DNA of 64,000 bases from a virus: IMG/VR virus record IMGVR_UViG_3300031772_000016, positions 10,805-74,804 of that record; one strand, written 5' to 3'. A model generated the notes under the pieces. The model was not told where the DNA came from. It saw nothing but the letters and a program-made list of their open reading frames with translations, and searched no databases. Positions 47,389 to 56,918 of the stretch are shown here, in pieces. Made by a program: the position numbers and the translations under genes. Position 1 is the first letter of the stretch. Each line of letters begins with the position of its first letter.

Positions 47389-48443
47389 TGGGCCTCAATG
47401 TTCAACAGGCATATGACAGCATAGAGAAGATATTGCTGTACGGGTTCGTAACAGTGGGGGTTTCCTATGGAGACAACCACTTTTTGTTTAAAAACATAAC
47501 AGATAAAGAGTATTTAAATTTAGGTTTATATCGTAGTACAGATAATCTTAGCTCTGAGGTTTTGTATCACCTGGCTTTTTGCACGGTTTTTATTAATAGT
47601 AGAAATTTTCTTGAGGATAGGTTCCGGAGCATACATGATTTGGTCTGTATCTTTAGGAGCATGCCAGTACCGTTCATAGTTAGAGTGCGGGATGCTATAA
47701 AAAAGCTAAATGAAGAATATTTGGCAGCAATAAAGTTTCTGGAGGGATTTTGCTACACAGATCGATCTCGATATCTTTGGAGAGTATTTGATGTGAATAA
47801 TCGCAGCGGTTTTCTTGGTATACCTGGGTTGGATAGTGTGGGTATGAATTCGGCTCAGGAGAACTGGACGATAATAAACAAGAGATTAGATGATGAGGAG
47901 GCGTATGGTAGGGATTTTAATTTTGCGTTGTTAGTAGCCTCCTCAATGAATCCTAAAGGCACTAAGGTCCTATCAAGGAACTACGATTTTCACAAAAAAG
48001 AGTTAGAGGAACTTAGGGAGGATATCGCTAAATACGGGTATGATAGAAAGAGAGTGGAAGAGCAGAAGAAGGAAGCGGTGTGGACGGCACCTATAAAGAG
48101 TCGTGAGGATTTGGTACGAGAGTTATACCGTCAGATGTCAGGCAAGAAGGACAAGCATGATCTATTCATAGAAGCATGGATAAAGCAGCAGAGAGATTTG
48201 GCTGAGAGGGCTAAAAATCAGGCAGAGGCTCGACAGCAAGAGTTCAGGGCCAAGGTCCAGGATATGGATCTCAGTAAGGTAGAAGGTTCAAGACCTATAT
48301 CCACATCAGAACTCAATAAGATAATGGCTCAGAGGAAGTCTTCGGTGTCTGTGAGCACACCTATGGTGGTTCCGGATGAGCAAGGAGAAAAAGAACGGTA
48401 TATCAGGAAGATAAGCTCTACGATTATACGCTCTGAGGAGTAA
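47388..48443 (+). CDS. Putative second tail assembly chaperone
   Basis: TAATG overlap with the previous gene; directly before tape measure. Confidence 0.45.
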   Translation: MGLNVQQAYDSIEKILLYGFVTVGVSYGDNHFLFKNITDKEYLNLGLYRSTDNLSSEVLYHLAFCTVFINSRNFLEDRFRSIHDLVCIFRSMPVPFIVRVRDAIKKLNEEYLAAIKFLEGFCYTDRSRYLWRVFDVNNRSGFLGIPGLDSVGMNSAQENWTIINKRLDDEEAYGRDFNFALLVASSMNPKGTKVLSRNYDFHKKELEELREDIAKYGYDRKRVEEQKKEAVWTAPIKSREDLVRELYRQMSGKKDKHDLFIEAWIKQQRDLAERAKNQAEARQQEFRAKVQDMDLSKVEGSRPISTSELNKIMAQRKSSVSVSTPMVVPDEQGEKERYIRKISSTIIRSEE

Positions 48444-48447
48444 GTTT

Positions 48448-51400
48448 ATGGCTGCTGTGCAAGATCCTAACAAAGAATTAGAAGCCAAGAAGGCCCTGTT
48501 AACTTTACAGGGTATGATTCTTAAGGCTACTGATAACACTACTGATGCTATTCTGCGTGGTAATAGAGCACACGCCAAGAGTGCTGCTATTTTGAAAACT
48601 ATTGACAGTATAAATCGTAAGACAGAAAAGACGAGAGATAAAATAAGGAAATCTGTAGAGGATGAGCAACATAGAACCAGTAAGGTACTTACTGATTTAG
48701 AGAGTAAAATAAAAGTTCAAAAAGATGATCTCATATTACAGAAGACCACATTAAGGGTAATGCAGAGGGTTGGAGCTACAGATAAAAAGATAGCTGTAGC
48801 CAAGAGTAATATAAGGTCTTCTGAGCAAAAGATAGTTAAGTTAGAGGAAGCGCATAATAGAAGAAATGCAGCATTTAAGAAGTTCATTATTTTCCAAAAA
48901 GATCAGCTCAAGAAGGAAATTAAGGGTAACAGGATATTATCAGATGTTCAGCAAAAGTATGAGGCTACTGACGTTTATTTTATAAAGAATGCCGAGGAGT
49001 ATAACGATGCTTTGGAGCATAGGCTTAAGCTACAGGAGGAGTGCGTAGATGCCCTTCAGAAAGCTGGTAAGATAACAGAAGCTCAAGCTAAGAACAGAAA
49101 GAAGGAGATAAGAGGAGAGTCGAATGTAGCAGAGACAAGAGCCGGTCTACGTGGTAAAGCTACTCCTCGAGAGGATGCCCAAGAGAGGTATCGAGAGTAT
49201 GTCAAAGAAAACGCTCCTAGATTCAAGGTAGATAGCAGAGGTAAGCCAAGAATCAGTGGGAAGTTTATTTCTAAAGAAGAGGCTACGAGACAAAAAGGTG
49301 AGGCTCTTGAATTTGGTAAGAAAGAGAAGTTTGCTGTAGGTAAAGACCTAGCTGGTAGTGTTCAGTCTTTTGCCTCAGCTAAAGGTTTCAAAGGTAGGTT
49401 GGAGGCTGCCAAGGGTATTCAGGACTCTCTCGGTAAGCTCAAGACATTAAACTCTACCCTGGGTGAGACGGCTGGCTTGGCTAAAGGTGCCGCAGGCATG
49501 TTTCAGGGGTTGGGCTCTGCAATGGGTATGTTAGGTAAGATAGGGTGGATAGGGTTGATCTTGTCCGCAGTACAGATGATAGCCAGCGCGGTAAATGACC
49601 TGAACAAGTTTGTTAAACAGTACAACAAATCTTTTGTTAAGATGTACGGTCCTACGGTAGCGTTAAAAGACGTATCGGGCAGCATGAAGAATTTTTCAGA
49701 TGCCGTGTTTGACATGAATAGGAATCTCAAGTACGGTTTAAAGAGTGAAGACATCATGGGGTTGTTTGAGGCTATGTCAGCAGGTGGTCTATCTTTGCAG
49801 GGTGTGGGTAAAAGAATAGGCGGGGGCTATAATGAGGTCATTCTTGAGGCCACTAAACTTAGTAAGGATTTTGGTGTAGATTTGAGTGAGATGGGTGGCA
49901 TGATCTCTGACCAGATGATAGATCTCAGAGCCTCTTTGAATGATGTTAGTGACTCTATGGAAGCTATGGCTTATGACGCTTCTATCGCTGGTATAAAGTC
50001 TCAGAAATTCTATGAGGCAGTTTCTGCTGCTACGAGTGCTCTGGGGTATTACGGCAACTATCTCAACAGTACGTCAGCCATGCTGCGTACATTCGCTGAC
50101 AAAGGTGCCATGCCGTTTAAGGACGCTGCTAAAGAGGCACAGGATTTGATGAGTGTATTTAGCGGTATGGATACACAGAAGAAGATGGGCTTTATACAGA
50201 TGGTAGGTGATAAAAAAGTACGATCTGATATGAATGATAGAGCTGAGCAGATAGCAAAAGAAGAGGATGTACTCACAGAGCGTATAGCAGCGGCAAAAGA
50301 GTCTGCCAGGATAGCAGTAGATGCAGACACTAAGGAAAAGAAGCTTAAAGAGGCGAGCGCTTTGGAGGAGGAGAAAGCTGCTAAAAGGAGAGTTCGTATA
50401 AACCTGAAGGCGTATGCTAAAGGAGACACACAGGCTTTGGCTACAGGTTTGAATTATATGACGGATAAGACCGTAGACTATTTGATATCCAACCTAAAGA
50501 GTGCAGGAGTGTCAGATATTTTTGACACCGAGAATTTGTTAGCTAAAGCAAATATTCTTGCTACGACTGCTCAGATGCCAGCGGAAGCTCTTACGAAGCT
50601 TTTGGAGACGGGTAGGGTCGTATTAGCAGATGCAAAAAAGTCAGCAGAGTTTATTGGCGATAAGTTTGAGAAGATTCCGGAGGATAGCAGGGAAGCGTTG
50701 AAGGGTATTATGAGCGGAGTCATGGATAGTGTGGCTAAAGGAGAGGTCATAGACGAGGATGCGTTAAGGTCAAATCTCACTGATTTTGTTAAGTCTGGCA
50801 ATAAATTAGGTATGAGCGTTGAGGACTTCATAGGCCAGTTTAAGAGCAATGCATATCTTCTGGACAAAGCTATTTCTGGTCTTGATCTGAATAATGAGCA
50901 AAACAGAAAAGATGTCTCTGAATTGTTTATGAAGACCGGTGTTAGTATGAAAAGTGGAGCCCAAGACCAGGCAAACCGTCTCGATGAGATTGTTAAGAAC
51001 ACCACATCTTTTGAGGACTTTCTTGGTATAGGCAAAGAGAACATGAAATACATGGCTGCCATGGCCGGTGGCGGTAAGCTTCAGGATATGGCAAATTCGG
51101 CAGCTATGGTTACGGCTCAAAAAGTGGGCGGAATTTTAGGGCTTCTTCAGAAGTGGATGACAGGTAAAAAAGATTCGTATGTGCAGGATGATGATTTTAA
51201 AGCGAAGGGCGGATCTTTTGATCAGATTGCTGATGCTACTATCAAGACTGTTCTGTTGCAGAAAAAGCTCTTTGATTTAGAAACCAAGTATGAGAAAAAT
51301 CCAAGTCCTGTAATGAAGAGTCAAATGGAGCAAATAAAAGGTCAAATAAGCTCGTTGAATAGCATAAAGGATGGTTTATCTAAAGAGAGAACCGACTTAG

Positions 51401-51933
51401 CTATTGAAGCTGTTCTCGCAGGTGGAGAGGCAGCACAGGGCATGTTTTCCGAGCAGACTAAGTTGAGTAATAGAAAAAGTGAGCTGGAAACTAGCATATC
51501 CGAGGGATCTTTATCAGGGTCCGACCTTTTGAGTGCCAAGGAGGAGTTGTCGGAAACGGAGGACGCGCTTAAGCGTATAGCATACGCAATCAACAACCCT
51601 ACGGGGTCGTCTCAGCCTACGTACACCCCGAGTAGTAACATTCCTACAGCAAAAGATGCTCAAATTACTAAAAGTGGATTGTTGTATGGTACAGAGGGTG
51701 ACATACTAGCTAATAAGAGTGATGGCGCTAAGATGATAACTGCCGGTATGGGTCAGTTCGCTAATAGATTGCTGTCTGGAGGTGGTGGTCAGGCGGGTAC
51801 TGTAGTGTCTTTGAGTCTCAGTATAGGTAACATAAACGGTGTGGTAAATACGGAGAGCTTCTTGAAAGAGGCAGGACCGGCACTACAGCAGTTGGTTGCT
51901 CGTGAGTATAATGATCGACAGAAGAGGTCGTGA
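48448..51933 (+). CDS. Tape measure protein
   Basis: 1161 aa, helical A/K/E/G-rich with a hydrophobic Gly-rich segment; canonical position. Confidence 0.72.
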   Translation: MAAVQDPNKELEAKKALLTLQGMILKATDNTTDAILRGNRAHAKSAAILKTIDSINRKTEKTRDKIRKSVEDEQHRTSKVLTDLESKIKVQKDDLILQKTTLRVMQRVGATDKKIAVAKSNIRSSEQKIVKLEEAHNRRNAAFKKFIIFQKDQLKKEIKGNRILSDVQQKYEATDVYFIKNAEEYNDALEHRLKLQEECVDALQKAGKITEAQAKNRKKEIRGESNVAETRAGLRGKATPREDAQERYREYVKENAPRFKVDSRGKPRISGKFISKEEATRQKGEALEFGKKEKFAVGKDLAGSVQSFASAKGFKGRLEAAKGIQDSLGKLKTLNSTLGETAGLAKGAAGMFQGLGSAMGMLGKIGWIGLILSAVQMIASAVNDLNKFVKQYNKSFVKMYGPTVALKDVSGSMKNFSDAVFDMNRNLKYGLKSEDIMGLFEAMSAGGLSLQGVGKRIGGGYNEVILEATKLSKDFGVDLSEMGGMISDQMIDLRASLNDVSDSMEAMAYDASIAGIKSQKFYEAVSAATSALGYYGNYLNSTSAMLRTFADKGAMPFKDAAKEAQDLMSVFSGMDTQKKMGFIQMVGDKKVRSDMNDRAEQIAKEEDVLTERIAAAKESARIAVDADTKEKKLKEASALEEEKAAKRRVRINLKAYAKGDTQALATGLNYMTDKTVDYLISNLKSAGVSDIFDTENLLAKANILATTAQMPAEALTKLLETGRVVLADAKKSAEFIGDKFEKIPEDSREALKGIMSGVMDSVAKGEVIDEDALRSNLTDFVKSGNKLGMSVEDFIGQFKSNAYLLDKAISGLDLNNEQNRKDVSELFMKTGVSMKSGAQDQANRLDEIVKNTTSFEDFLGIGKENMKYMAAMAGGGKLQDMANSAAMVTAQKVGGILGLLQKWMTGKKDSYVQDDDFKAKGGSFDQIADATIKTVLLQKKLFDLETKYEKNPSPVMKSQMEQIKGQISSLNSIKDGLSKERTDLAIEAVLAGGEAAQGMFSEQTKLSNRKSELETSISEGSLSGSDLLSAKEELSETEDALKRIAYAINNPTGSSQPTYTPSSNIPTAKDAQITKSGLLYGTEGDILANKSDGAKMITAGMGQFANRLLSGGGGQAGTVVSLSLSIGNINGVVNTESFLKEAGPALQQLVAREYNDRQKRS

Positions 51934-53075
51934 TGGCTACGATAGGTAACGTAAGTGCTGAAGAGACGGCTACAGCTCAAGCTGCTAGTTACTTTCAGCC
52001 GACACCACTCAGTGATGCTCAACTAACAGGCCGAGTTGAGCCTGCTCCTGCTAGTACTACTTTTGTAGCTTTGTCTGTTATCCCAGCGTCCCCTGTCTAC
52101 ATACCTTATCAGGCATCCACGTCTACAGTGTCCGCTGTAGCGGCTACGCCTGCTCCTGTGCCGACTCCTGTAGCTCCCATAGCTTCGACCCCTGCGGCTC
52201 CTGCCTCTCAAATGACTGTGGTCGATATGCAGGATCGTCCTTCCTCTATATCCCCTGGGGTAAAAGTACCAAGAGGTGATCAGGATGTGATTGATAAAGT
52301 GTTGGATAATGCGGCGGACATGGGTAGGTTTTTGGAACTGAGACCACCAATACGTAGGCTGCCGGAAGAGAATCCTTTTTACATAGAGATGCTGGATGCT
52401 AATATGCAGCCATGTGGTATACAGCTACCGGATGGTACTGTCATACAGGCCCTGAAGATGGCACCGAATCCAGATAATCTAACAGTAAGCTCTGCTAAGA
52501 TAATAAACAAATACAATACTATGACCCGGTGGGTAGAAGAGCACTGGGGAGATGAAATGGATTCTGTGAGCTTCTCTGGTAGCACTTTTTCTTTTATGTC
52601 CTATGGGCCCGATTACAGCGGGCTGACCGTGGCTGGTAGAAGAGATACGGCGTCCTATCAGATGCTAAAGAATCTGGTAAAGTTTTATAGAATGAATGGG
52701 TGTATCTATCAGGATAGTAATACCTACCTACCCCAGAACGATGTGGCTTTCTCAAGTGATATTCAGGGCACTGAAGTGGAATCGAGTAGTGTAGCTCCTG
52801 GAGTACCTGTACCCCTGAGTGACTATGATGCTCGTGATAAAAACTTGGCGTTTTTGACGAAGTACCCTGATTTTAAAGGGGACCACCCTAGAGCTGGGCT
52901 GGTTCGAGAGAGATTGTACATACGTTTAACTTTTGACTACGTGTCGTTCGTAGGATATTTCGAAACTTTTGATATTATAGAAGACTCAGCAAATCCTTTT
53001 AGAATGACGTATAACGCTTTGTTTAAGTCAGAGCGTACCAAATACATCCTGGGTGATAAGACATGGCCAAGATAG
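51930..53075 (+). CDS. Putative baseplate/tube-initiator protein
   Basis: NP.NL...WVEEHWG.EMD...SFSG...GYFETF...NPFRMTY; similar to the N-domain of the next gene. Confidence 0.5.
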   Translation: MMATIGNVSAEETATAQAASYFQPTPLSDAQLTGRVEPAPASTTFVALSVIPASPVYIPYQASTSTVSAVAATPAPVPTPVAPIASTPAAPASQMTVVDMQDRPSSISPGVKVPRGDQDVIDKVLDNAADMGRFLELRPPIRRLPEENPFYIEMLDANMQPCGIQLPDGTVIQALKMAPNPDNLTVSSAKIINKYNTMTRWVEEHWGDEMDSVSFSGSTFSFMSYGPDYSGLTVAGRRDTASYQMLKNLVKFYRMNGCIYQDSNTYLPQNDVAFSSDIQGTEVESSSVAPGVPVPLSDYDARDKNLAFLTKYPDFKGDHPRAGLVRERLYIRLTFDYVSFVGYFETFDIIEDSANPFRMTYNALFKSERTKYILGDKTWPR

Positions 53076-54499
53076 ACAGCGGTAGCACTGTTGACACTCT
53101 GTCTGTTTTGATGGGCAGAGAGGGTGGAGATCTTCACTTTAGAAATAAAGCGGGATTGACTGCCTTCTCTAATTGGGTGTCCGCGGCCAATGTGCCTAAG
53201 GACTACAAGCCCTTTAGTATATCTATATACGATACAGTGCTGCATGAAGATGTGGTATCCCTGGTGATGATGATAAACCCCAGGGATCTTAACATAAGTC
53301 AGAATCAAGTGGTCAACAGCGCCAACACTCGTTTTGGATGGATAAACACTTTATGGGGTAATCAGCAGGCCACTATTTCTGCTTCTGGGCTGTCTGCTGG
53401 TTTCTATTTTGTATTCGGGGATCAGAGCGGAGGGATATCTAACTTCTACAGGAGAAACAGCGTAGCTTTTTTGAATTTGCTGTCTGTGGTGGCCTTGTTC
53501 AAGAACAACGCTAACTACTACATGGATGGTAAGCAAAACCCTACGTATTTCAATGACGGTACCAGTAGAGTCATTAATGTCATGGATATCATACGTATAT
53601 CCTATGACGGGTCTGAGTACCTGGGTAATTTCTTGTCGTTTACGCTGACTGATGCTGCTGCGAATCCGTATAGAATGGAGTACAATTTCGAGTTCTCTGT
53701 GTCTATGTTTGGTAGTGACCCTAACACTATTGATGGTCACATAAAACGTGGTGGTAACGAGAAGAGCGATAAGATAATCATAGGTAGGCAGGGTAAAAAT
53801 ACCGATTTTAGTAAATCGGTATTGATGGATGTGGACGAGTTGAATACGTACTTTATATTAGAGCCTATACCTGACGTGGTAGCGCACTCGTATAGTGAAA
53901 AAGAAGAACAGAACGAGCAATCTTTCTACGGAAAAAGAACTGCGCCCGGTTACTGGGATACTTTAGAAGGTAGAGAGAGCCTGGCTAAGGTGCCTGATAA
54001 CTCTATAAGAGTTACACGAGGGTGGAAAGATGGAGAGTCTCACGATGGTAAAGTGGATTATCGAACAGCTAGTGGGATGGTGCGATCTTTTACTGAGGGT
54101 ACGATAGTGAGTGTCGGAGGGCCGTCTCCAGGAGGTCCTAATTTTGTGGTGGTAGAGAGTAAGGATCAAAGTGGTCAGACTATCTATACCCGTTACTATC
54201 ATTTGGATCCAGATAGTATGGGTGATTTGAGTAGGGGTAAAACAGTACCTGTAGGTGCTGTGCTGGGGAAAGAGGGTACAGACGGTGGAAAGTATCCGCC
54301 ACATGTAGACCTGGCAGTTAGTACGTCATTAAACGGTAAAAACATTGATTTTAACAACATGATAGATGCTTCGCCAATGATGAACGAGGGTTTTAGAAAA
54401 TTAAATGAGCTTGCGAAAGCTGAGCTTGTTACCACGGAGTATTCCGACTATCTGAATGTCGATTACAAACATGGTAAAAAGACTAACGCGTCTGAATAA
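53063..54499 (+). CDS. Baseplate protein with C-terminal M23-like peptidase domain
   Basis: N-domain paralogous to the previous gene; C-terminal HDGKVD...TRYYHL...G..G...PHVD. Confidence 0.55.
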   Translation: MAKIDSGSTVDTLSVLMGREGGDLHFRNKAGLTAFSNWVSAANVPKDYKPFSISIYDTVLHEDVVSLVMMINPRDLNISQNQVVNSANTRFGWINTLWGNQQATISASGLSAGFYFVFGDQSGGISNFYRRNSVAFLNLLSVVALFKNNANYYMDGKQNPTYFNDGTSRVINVMDIIRISYDGSEYLGNFLSFTLTDAAANPYRMEYNFEFSVSMFGSDPNTIDGHIKRGGNEKSDKIIIGRQGKNTDFSKSVLMDVDELNTYFILEPIPDVVAHSYSEKEEQNEQSFYGKRTAPGYWDTLEGRESLAKVPDNSIRVTRGWKDGESHDGKVDYRTASGMVRSFTEGTIVSVGGPSPGGPNFVVVESKDQSGQTIYTRYYHLDPDSMGDLSRGKTVPVGAVLGKEGTDGGKYPPHVDLAVSTSLNGKNIDFNNMIDASPMMNEGFRKLNELAKAELVTTEYSDYLNVDYKHGKKTNASE

Positions 54500-54514
54500 A
54501 AAGGCAGTCTATAA

Positions 54515-56908
54515 ATGGCAGAGACACTTTCAGGAATATTCTCTGTAAGAGAATTTAACTATAGGCGTAATGTGCTGAAACTGGCACCTGACGCTTTTAT
54601 TACTATCAATGATGCCATAAGCACCAAAGTGGTGTCTCCTATGGAGACCTCCGGGTCTAAGATCACTGATGTACGTGGAGGTATAACAAGTATAAATGTG
54701 TCCTGTGCTATTATCCCTGCCGGAGCGTCTCGTGCTACCATAGAGGTCGTGGCTCCACAATATAAAGGTTTGCACACCGACTACTACATAACACACCCTA
54801 ATGGTACGCGTACTCCGATCTTTACTCCTATGATGGAGATAAAGATATACATGAAAGGACGGTACGTAGAGGATGGAAACCAGTGGGCCCCTATGTACTA
54901 CCCTGTGTTTTGGGGCATGATAATAGGGGTACAGGAGAACTACTCGTCAGGAGCTAGCACATTCTCAATCACCTGTGAGGATCTTTTGTGCTGGTGGAGG
55001 CACCAAAAGATTACTATGCAGTCCAGTGTGATTACGACTTTCTTTGGTGGCGCTACCATGAACAGGTTCCCTAGCGCATTTCAGAATATGTCGCCATGGG
55101 AGATAGTGCTGTCGATGTTCACGGACACCTTTTTTATGCAGGATGATAAGTATGAAGGTGGTATAAAAAGGCGTTTGGATATGGTATACCCTCAGTTTTC
55201 TAATATCTACCAACCGCCCAAGGACGTAGAGCTATTGAAAGAGACCTGGGGACCGTTTTCGCAGAAAGTTATAGACTATTGGAACACTCGCTTTGGTTTT
55301 AATACCAGGACACAAGGTACTCCAGAAGAGATCGCCGCGAGCATGAGAAACATACCTTTAGAGTTGTATGGTATGAGAGGTCCTATATCCTGGGATGTAG
55401 CAACAGATTTGGTAAGGGCTTTTCTTAGCAAGACCGGTATTGATATCAGCTCTCAGACGAGTAGACAGGCAAAATTAGATCTTGATTTTGGTATGCTGGC
55501 TAGGGTACAGCCATACGGTCTGTTCGACAACTATGGAGACGGCGCACAGCCTACTATTCTGTCCAAGCTGGAGATCGTTAATGCTATATGCGAAAAAACC
55601 AACATGGAGTTCTTTGTAGATACTAACGGCTCTTTTGTATTCAAACCACCCCTGTATAATTTAGACGTAGCCACAGGCGGCGTAGCCTATTACACAGTAG
55701 GCCCAGAGGACATCATAAATTTAAACGCAAATTTTGACTCTAACTCTATTGTGAACTACCTGGTGGTAACGGGTCCTTTGTGGCAGTCGTTGGGTATGGA
55801 AGCAGTAGGATTGCATGCAGATTTTGAATCCATAAAGAAATACGGTATCAGATCTGAGCAGATAAACGTATCCTTCGGGATGAATGCTAGCCAGCTTAAA
55901 ATGATAGCAGTAGCTGAGATGACCCGTAGAAATGGACAGGCGTATACAGGCAGTGTGAGTATCCCTTTGAGGCCTGAGATTAGAATGGGGTACCCTGTTT
56001 ATATGCCGCACATAGACACTTTCTACTATGTGACAGGGATATCACATTCGTATGCGTACGGTTCATCCGCTACCACTGATCTATCTCTCCAGTATAAAAG
56101 AGAGAGGATTTTTGAAGACGGGACGTCAGGGCTGTATGGATTTGGTACTGAAAAAGGAGACGTGCTGGATGCATGCGTGATGAGAGAGCGGAAAGATGAT
56201 ATAGCTCTATTCGTGGCGGACAACAAAGCCCTGACTGAGGAAAACATAAAGTCTACAGATGCTGCCAAGACTAATCCTAAATTAGACAAAAGCAGCCCGG
56301 ATTATCAGAAGAATTTAGAAGCGTATATCAAAGAGCAGAAAGAGCAAAATTTAAAGAGGAAGAATCGTCAGTATGCTGGTCCTGATATCTCTGGGTATTG
56401 GTCTATATCAAAGGCAGTTATTAAGCCGTACGATGAGTCAGTAAAAAATCCTGATAGTGCTGATGCGATAGTTTCCAATGAGCTGTTGATGATAACAGAT
56501 AGTACAGTGCCGTACACGGACAAGAATGGGTATAGGCATATAGGTGCTTTTCCTTTTGGGGCTAATTTAGTGCTGATGAAAAATGGCGGTACATCGTACG
56601 ATTCTACGAATAAAACACAGGTAGACTCGGCTACTACCAAGACTGTCCTGAACATAAAAGGTACCACAGAGGTGGTACAAACAGGTCAGAGCAACGAGGA
56701 GAGTAATAGTGTGCCAGGGAGTACCAGCACAGAAGGGGTCAATACCGACGGATCTCGTGCACCTCAAGACAGTGATAGAGAAATAGTACCAGTACCAGAT
56801 AACAGTGCGACAGTTGACCTAAATCTTGCTCTAAATCCTATTATGCCATCTGTTACCATGGCCCGCGGTAATGTGAACGGTACTACTATACAGCGGATAA
56901 CGCAGTAG
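54515..56908 (+). CDS. Baseplate hub protein (gp27/VgrG-like)
   Basis: VFWG.I, MEFFVD.NG.FVFKPPLY and LRPEIRMGYPV...YYVTGISH motifs. Confidence 0.65.
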   Translation: MAETLSGIFSVREFNYRRNVLKLAPDAFITINDAISTKVVSPMETSGSKITDVRGGITSINVSCAIIPAGASRATIEVVAPQYKGLHTDYYITHPNGTRTPIFTPMMEIKIYMKGRYVEDGNQWAPMYYPVFWGMIIGVQENYSSGASTFSITCEDLLCWWRHQKITMQSSVITTFFGGATMNRFPSAFQNMSPWEIVLSMFTDTFFMQDDKYEGGIKRRLDMVYPQFSNIYQPPKDVELLKETWGPFSQKVIDYWNTRFGFNTRTQGTPEEIAASMRNIPLELYGMRGPISWDVATDLVRAFLSKTGIDISSQTSRQAKLDLDFGMLARVQPYGLFDNYGDGAQPTILSKLEIVNAICEKTNMEFFVDTNGSFVFKPPLYNLDVATGGVAYYTVGPEDIINLNANFDSNSIVNYLVVTGPLWQSLGMEAVGLHADFESIKKYGIRSEQINVSFGMNASQLKMIAVAEMTRRNGQAYTGSVSIPLRPEIRMGYPVYMPHIDTFYYVTGISHSYAYGSSATTDLSLQYKRERIFEDGTSGLYGFGTEKGDVLDACVMRERKDDIALFVADNKALTEENIKSTDAAKTNPKLDKSSPDYQKNLEAYIKEQKEQNLKRKNRQYAGPDISGYWSISKAVIKPYDESVKNPDSADAIVSNELLMITDSTVPYTDKNGYRHIGAFPFGANLVLMKNGGTSYDSTNKTQVDSATTKTVLNIKGTTEVVQTGQSNEESNSVPGSTSTEGVNTDGSRAPQDSDREIVPVPDNSATVDLNLALNPIMPSVTMARGNVNGTTIQRITQ

Positions 56909-56918
56909 GAGCTATACA

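Noticed and set aside
47340-47390. Programmed -1 frameshift between the two tail chaperones
   Set aside because: No X XXY YYZ heptamer near the stop, and the -1 frame has TAA codons upstream; a simple TAATG overlap explains the arrangement.
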